This document shows, piece by piece, positions 60,802 to 64,000 of a stretch of 64,000 bases of DNA. Origin of the DNA: an uncultured Gammaproteobacteria bacterium. Its GTDB lineage: Bacteria > Patescibacteriota > Microgenomatia > JAMCZE01. Location of the stretch: the NCBI GenBank assembly GCA_964609775.1, contig CAZSSJ010000001.1, positions 22,858-86,857 on the forward strand. Direction: 5' to 3'. Each line of letters begins with the position of its first letter. The stretch's first letter is position 1. Made by a program: the position numbers and the translations under genes. The notes below the pieces were generated by a model. It was not told the DNA's origin. It was given only the letters and a program-made list of their open reading frames with translations, and ran no database searches.

Positions 60802-62037
60802 ATGAATATTAAGAAGACTTGGATAGGACTTCTTCTCGTTCTCGGGCTGCGGTTTGGCCAGTATTATTATCAGCTGCCGGAAAGGGTCGGCGGGGAAGTA
60901 GTGACGATCCGAGGAGTGTTAGGAAGTGAGCCGGCCCAGGCGAATGGGCGGCAAACCTTGAGCCTGGATGGGCTGTATGTTTCCGTGCGGACGCCGCCGG
61001 AATTTCATTATGGTGACGAGGTGATGGTCGAAGGCAAACTGTTGTGTTACGATACCTTCAGATGTATTAGAGGACGGATTGAGCGAGCAAGAGTGAGTTT
61101 AGTGGCACAAGATCAAGGCGGGCTTTTGGGGAGGTGGGGCTACCTGGCGAGGATGAAGTTTCAGGACGTCTACTTTGGCTCTTTGAAAAGAGAAGAAGCC
61201 AATCTTTTATCCGGGGTCCTTGTGGGGAGCATCGGTTTAGACAGGACCTTTAAAGAGAAGCTGGCGAATGTGGGTTTGACTCACGTCGTGGCGGCCTCAG
61301 GAATGAATTTGACATTGTTTGTAGGGTTTTTGATCGGTTTTTTCAAGTATTTTCACTGGAGTAGACCTTTGTCGGCGGTATTTTCGATCGGAGCTGTTGT
61401 CTTGTATGCGATAATTGCCGGATTTGCTCCGGCGATTGTCCGAGCCGGACTGATGGTGGGAGGGGTTTTGATCGGGTTGAGTCTGGGGAGAAAAGGAGGG
61501 GGTTGGTGGGGGTTGGTAATGGCTGGGTATTTAATGCTATGGGTTGATCCGAGACTAATAGTCGACTTCAGTTTTTTGTTGTCCTTTGCCTCAATGATGG
61601 GCCAGATTGTTCTTAGCACTTGGAAGATTCATTTGCCAAATGTTTTTAAGTGGCTGGCTGAGAATATTTTGCAAAGTGTTATGGCGATTGTGTTCACTCT
61701 GCCGATAATCATCATCGGGTTTGCCCGATTTTCACTCATTTCCATGATTTCGAACCTCCTGGTTTTGTGGACAATTGAACCACTGATGATTCTGGGGGGT
61801 CTGGCTGGAATCGTTGGTCTGGTTTTGCCGGAACTTGCTAAACTCATTTTAATTCCCGCAGGAGTTCTTCTTGATTACTTCCTTTCTGTCGTAAAAATTC
61901 TCGGAACGGGTGAAAATTTCCTTTTAAGGGTCTCCGGGTTCAACGGGCTTATGGCCGTCGGTTACTATTTAATCCTTGCTGGTGTGTATTACTACTTAAT
62001 GTACTATAAAACCCCAAAGCATACCAATAAGGTGTAA
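60802..62037 (+). CDS. comEC: ComEC/Rec2-family competence channel (membrane domain only)
   Basis: Polytopic membrane protein. GLTHVVAASGMNLTLF motif. Confidence 0.8.
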   Translation: MNIKKTWIGLLLVLGLRFGQYYYQLPERVGGEVVTIRGVLGSEPAQANGRQTLSLDGLYVSVRTPPEFHYGDEVMVEGKLLCYDTFRCIRGRIERARVSLVAQDQGGLLGRWGYLARMKFQDVYFGSLKREEANLLSGVLVGSIGLDRTFKEKLANVGLTHVVAASGMNLTLFVGFLIGFFKYFHWSRPLSAVFSIGAVVLYAIIAGFAPAIVRAGLMVGGVLIGLSLGRKGGGWWGLVMAGYLMLWVDPRLIVDFSFLLSFASMMGQIVLSTWKIHLPNVFKWLAENILQSVMAIVFTLPIIIIGFARFSLISMISNLLVLWTIEPLMILGGLAGIVGLVLPELAKLILIPAGVLLDYFLSVVKILGTGENFLLRVSGFNGLMAVGYYLILAGVYYYLMYYKTPKHTNKV

Positions 62038-62134
62038 TGTTCTATCCTTGGCGTCGGAACAGGAGTCTGGCGCTGCCGAGAGAAATCCCCGGCACTTGGG
62101 CAGGAAGTCATGTAAAAAGGCACTGCTGGTCAGG

Positions 62135-62163
62135 TTGGATTAGAGAGAAAGGAGTTATATAAT
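62135..62163 (+). promoter_or_regulatory. Candidate promoter upstream of the YerC-like gene
   Basis: TTGGAT-N17-TATAAT. 7 nt downstream is an ATG opening a 6-codon mini-ORF (MNKVQV). Confidence 0.45.
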
Positions 62164-62249
62164 CGAAACGATGAACAAAGTTCAAGTTTAAGGCCAGCTC
62201 GTCGAGCCGCATGATTAAAGTTGCGAAGTAGTGTGTTACACTTATAGAT

Positions 62250-62265
62250 GATGAATCGATTGATC
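62250..62265. promoter_or_regulatory. Operator-like palindrome, copy 1 (one mismatch)
   Basis: GATGAATCGATTGATC, 24 nt upstream of the TTG at 62289. Confidence 0.45.
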
Positions 62266-62288
62266 GTCGGTTTCTGTATCACTAGCAT

Positions 62289-62753
62289 TTGAAAAGTATG
62301 CCCCAGGTTAGCAGAAGGTTGATTTCGAATTTATTACAGCAAAAGATGAATCAGGTTTTGTGGAACGGCCTGACGAAACTTGACAGCAAGGATTTTGTAG
62401 CTGAGTTTTTGAATGACATTTTGACTTCGACTGAAAGGGTCATGATGACTAAGAGGCTGGCAATGGCGGTGCTTTTGCTTCGAGGTTGGGACCAGGAGGC
62501 GATTAGCTCATATCTTAAAGTTTCAACCTCGACGGTGAGGGGAGTCAAGAAGGTTTTGAAACACGGTGGTGATGGTTACCGGAAGATTGTAGCCAGAATT
62601 GAGAGAGATAAGGAGTGGGAGAAGATAAAATTGGACCTTGGTCAGGCACTGGAGGAAATCGTTGCCGGAAGGGTTGGGGCTAATTGGAAAACGAGTAAAT
62701 CAGCAGTGGCTCGCAAGTATCGGGAACTGAGGGAAAAGAAGAAAGTTTTGTAG
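62289..62753 (+). CDS. TrpR-like YerC/YecD-family regulator
   Basis: FLNDILTSTERVMMTKRLAMAVLLLRGWDQEAISSYLKVSTSTVRGV. TTG start, or the ATG at 62298. Confidence 0.6.
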   Translation: MKSMPQVSRRLISNLLQQKMNQVLWNGLTKLDSKDFVAEFLNDILTSTERVMMTKRLAMAVLLLRGWDQEAISSYLKVSTSTVRGVKKVLKHGGDGYRKIVARIERDKEWEKIKLDLGQALEEIVAGRVGANWKTSKSAVARKYRELREKKKVL

Positions 62754-62780
62754 GTGATTCTTTTTGATCTACATAACGCT

Positions 62781-62796
62781 GATGAATCGATTCATC
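62781..62796. promoter_or_regulatory. Operator-like perfect 16-bp palindrome, copy 2
   Basis: GATGAATCGATTCATC, 9 nt upstream of the cupin ATG at 62805. Confidence 0.5.
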
Positions 62797-62804
62797 ATTC
62801 ATTA

Positions 62805-63140
62805 ATGTATCAGATTACATCTGTGAAGCAAGTAAAAAGATCGGAAGCTAAGGTGAGTAAAGTTACTGATGCTTGTTTTGCCGTTGAGTATCCGTTGATG
62901 GATAAGCCAATCCATGGGGCGGTAATTGAGATTTCGGGACGATATCCTGACATTGGATTCAGCCGGAATGAGGTGTGTATTGAGCTGGCTTACGTCATTT
63001 CCGGTAGGGGAAAACTGGGTTGACGTGGCGGGGCAATTGAGTTTAACGCGGGAGACCAACTGGTGATTGAGCCGGGGGAGGACTTTAAAGAACCCGTCGA
63101 TCGAAATATTTTTGTGATGATTATATGGCAGAAATGGTAA
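62805..63140 (+). pseudogene. Cupin-fold protein gene with an in-frame TGA at 63021-63023
   Basis: ...IELAYVISGRGKLG-TGA-RGGAIEFNAGDQLVIEPGEDF... The same frame continues 38 codons to the TAA at 63138. Confidence 0.5.
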
Positions 63141-64000
63141 AAAAGATAGAAGTTTCTTATCACTTGAAAGAGGAGATTGCTAAGGCGGCGAATGGTTTAT
63201 TTGAGGGCCTGAACCTCACTCCTGAGCAGGTTTTTTTGGAGCATCCCGGGAGCGAAGACCACGGTGACTATTCAACAAATGTGGCGTTGCAGCTGGCTAA
63301 AACGATAGGGGCTAGGGGCGAGGGGCTAGCAGCTAGTCGTTTTTCATCGAGGGAGATGGCGGAGAAAATTGTCGGGGTTTTCAAACAAAGTGTATCAGAG
63401 AGTGCATCAAAGGATGTCAAAAAAGAAGGAGAGCCCCACTCTGCTAAAGCTTCGTTAGGGGCGCTCTTTGAGCGATTTGAGGTTGCAGGACCTGGGTTTA
63501 TTAATTTTTGGTTGACGAAAGAGTTTTTGGTTGGGGAAGTTGGGGAGATCCATGAGAAAAATGAGGGATATGGGGGAAATGAGGAATATGGGGGGAAGCG
63601 GATTATGGTCGAGTTTGCCCACCCGAACACGCATAAGGAAATGCACATTGGCCACATGCGGACACTCATTACTGGTGAAGCATTGTCGAGAATTCTTCAG
63701 GCGTCGGGTGCCAAAATCTTTCGGGCGAACTATCAAGGAGACATTGGTCCGCACGTAGCTAAGGCAATCTGGGGAACAAAGCTCGTTTTGGCTGAAAGGA
63801 AGATGAACTTCGATCAGGCTGAAAAACTGTCTCTTAAAGAAAAGGCTCATCTTCTGGGTCAGGGGTATGTTCGGGGCAATCAGGAGTACGAAACCCATAA
63901 GGAAGAAATTGATCAGTTAAACAGCAAAATCTATCATAAGGATCCTGAAATCGTGCCAGTTTATGAAAGAACAAGAAAATGGAGTTTAGACTATTATAAG
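63125..64000 (+). CDS. argS: Arginine--tRNA ligase, N-terminal 292 codons (continues past the window)
   Basis: My own translation of frame 2; absent from the track because no stop is reached. ...FEVAGPGFINFWL...MVEFAHPNTHKEMHIGHMRTLITGEAL...ANYQGDIGPHVAKAIWG. Confidence 0.85.
   Translation, partial: MAEMVKKIEVSYHLKEEIAKAANGLFEGLNLTPEQVFLEHPGSEDHGDYSTNVALQLAKTIGARGEGLAASRFSSREMAEKIVGVFKQSVSESASKDVKKEGEPHSAKASLGALFERFEVAGPGFINFWLTKEFLVGEVGEIHEKNEGYGGNEEYGGKRIMVEFAHPNTHKEMHIGHMRTLITGEALSRILQASGAKIFRANYQGDIGPHVAKAIWGTKLVLAERKMNFDQAEKLSLKEKAHLLGQGYVRGNQEYETHKEEIDQLNSKIYHKDPEIVPVYERTRKWSLDYYK

Overview
Bacterial window of about 50% GC, standard genetic code (TGA, TAA and TAG all end long ORFs). 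The gene style suggests an uncultivated CPR/Patescibacteria-like organism; this is inference and no search was run. Layout: (1) an F-type ATP synthase operon, atpF(partial)-H-A-G-D-C, with odd tandem and palindromic spacers (1-5306). (2) A 5,325-aa surface-protein gene (5946-21923) with an N-terminal MerR/excisionase-type HTH, one TM helix and GNVGIGT-type repeats. It is interrupted by six canonical inteins (42% of the ORF). (3) A 2,038-aa DUF2341/LamG protein, decayed LamG 3' remnants, two AAA_14/DUF4143-like ATPases, and a secreted block (beta-helix/dockerin-like/SBBP protein, cohesin-like protein, GH13). (4) An accessory island (37.7-48.9 kb, with one more unit at 59.0-60.0 kb). In it toxin-antitoxin-type operons on the plus strand (two AbiEii-like pairs, vapBC, wHTH+NTase, hicBA, Fic, phd-relE) alternate with eight unrelated small minus-strand genes. 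All eight small genes carry the same promoter module with a (GA)n tract between the -35 and -10 boxes. ruvCAB is embedded in this island. (5) Secreted GH26 and TIM-barrel hydrolases, and an M64-like peptidase split at a G18 homopolymer. (6) A terminator-ended leader or sRNA candidate, a four-helix-bundle protein, leuS, comEA/comEC, a YerC/TrpR-like regulator with palindromic operators, a cupin gene with an in-frame TGA, and the 5' part of argS. No rRNA, tRNA, CRISPR array, transposase or integrase was recognised. The two strongest leads are the multi-intein giant gene with non-canonical intein inserts, and the repeated unit of small gene, shared leaderless promoter with (GA)n spacer, and divergent TA operon.
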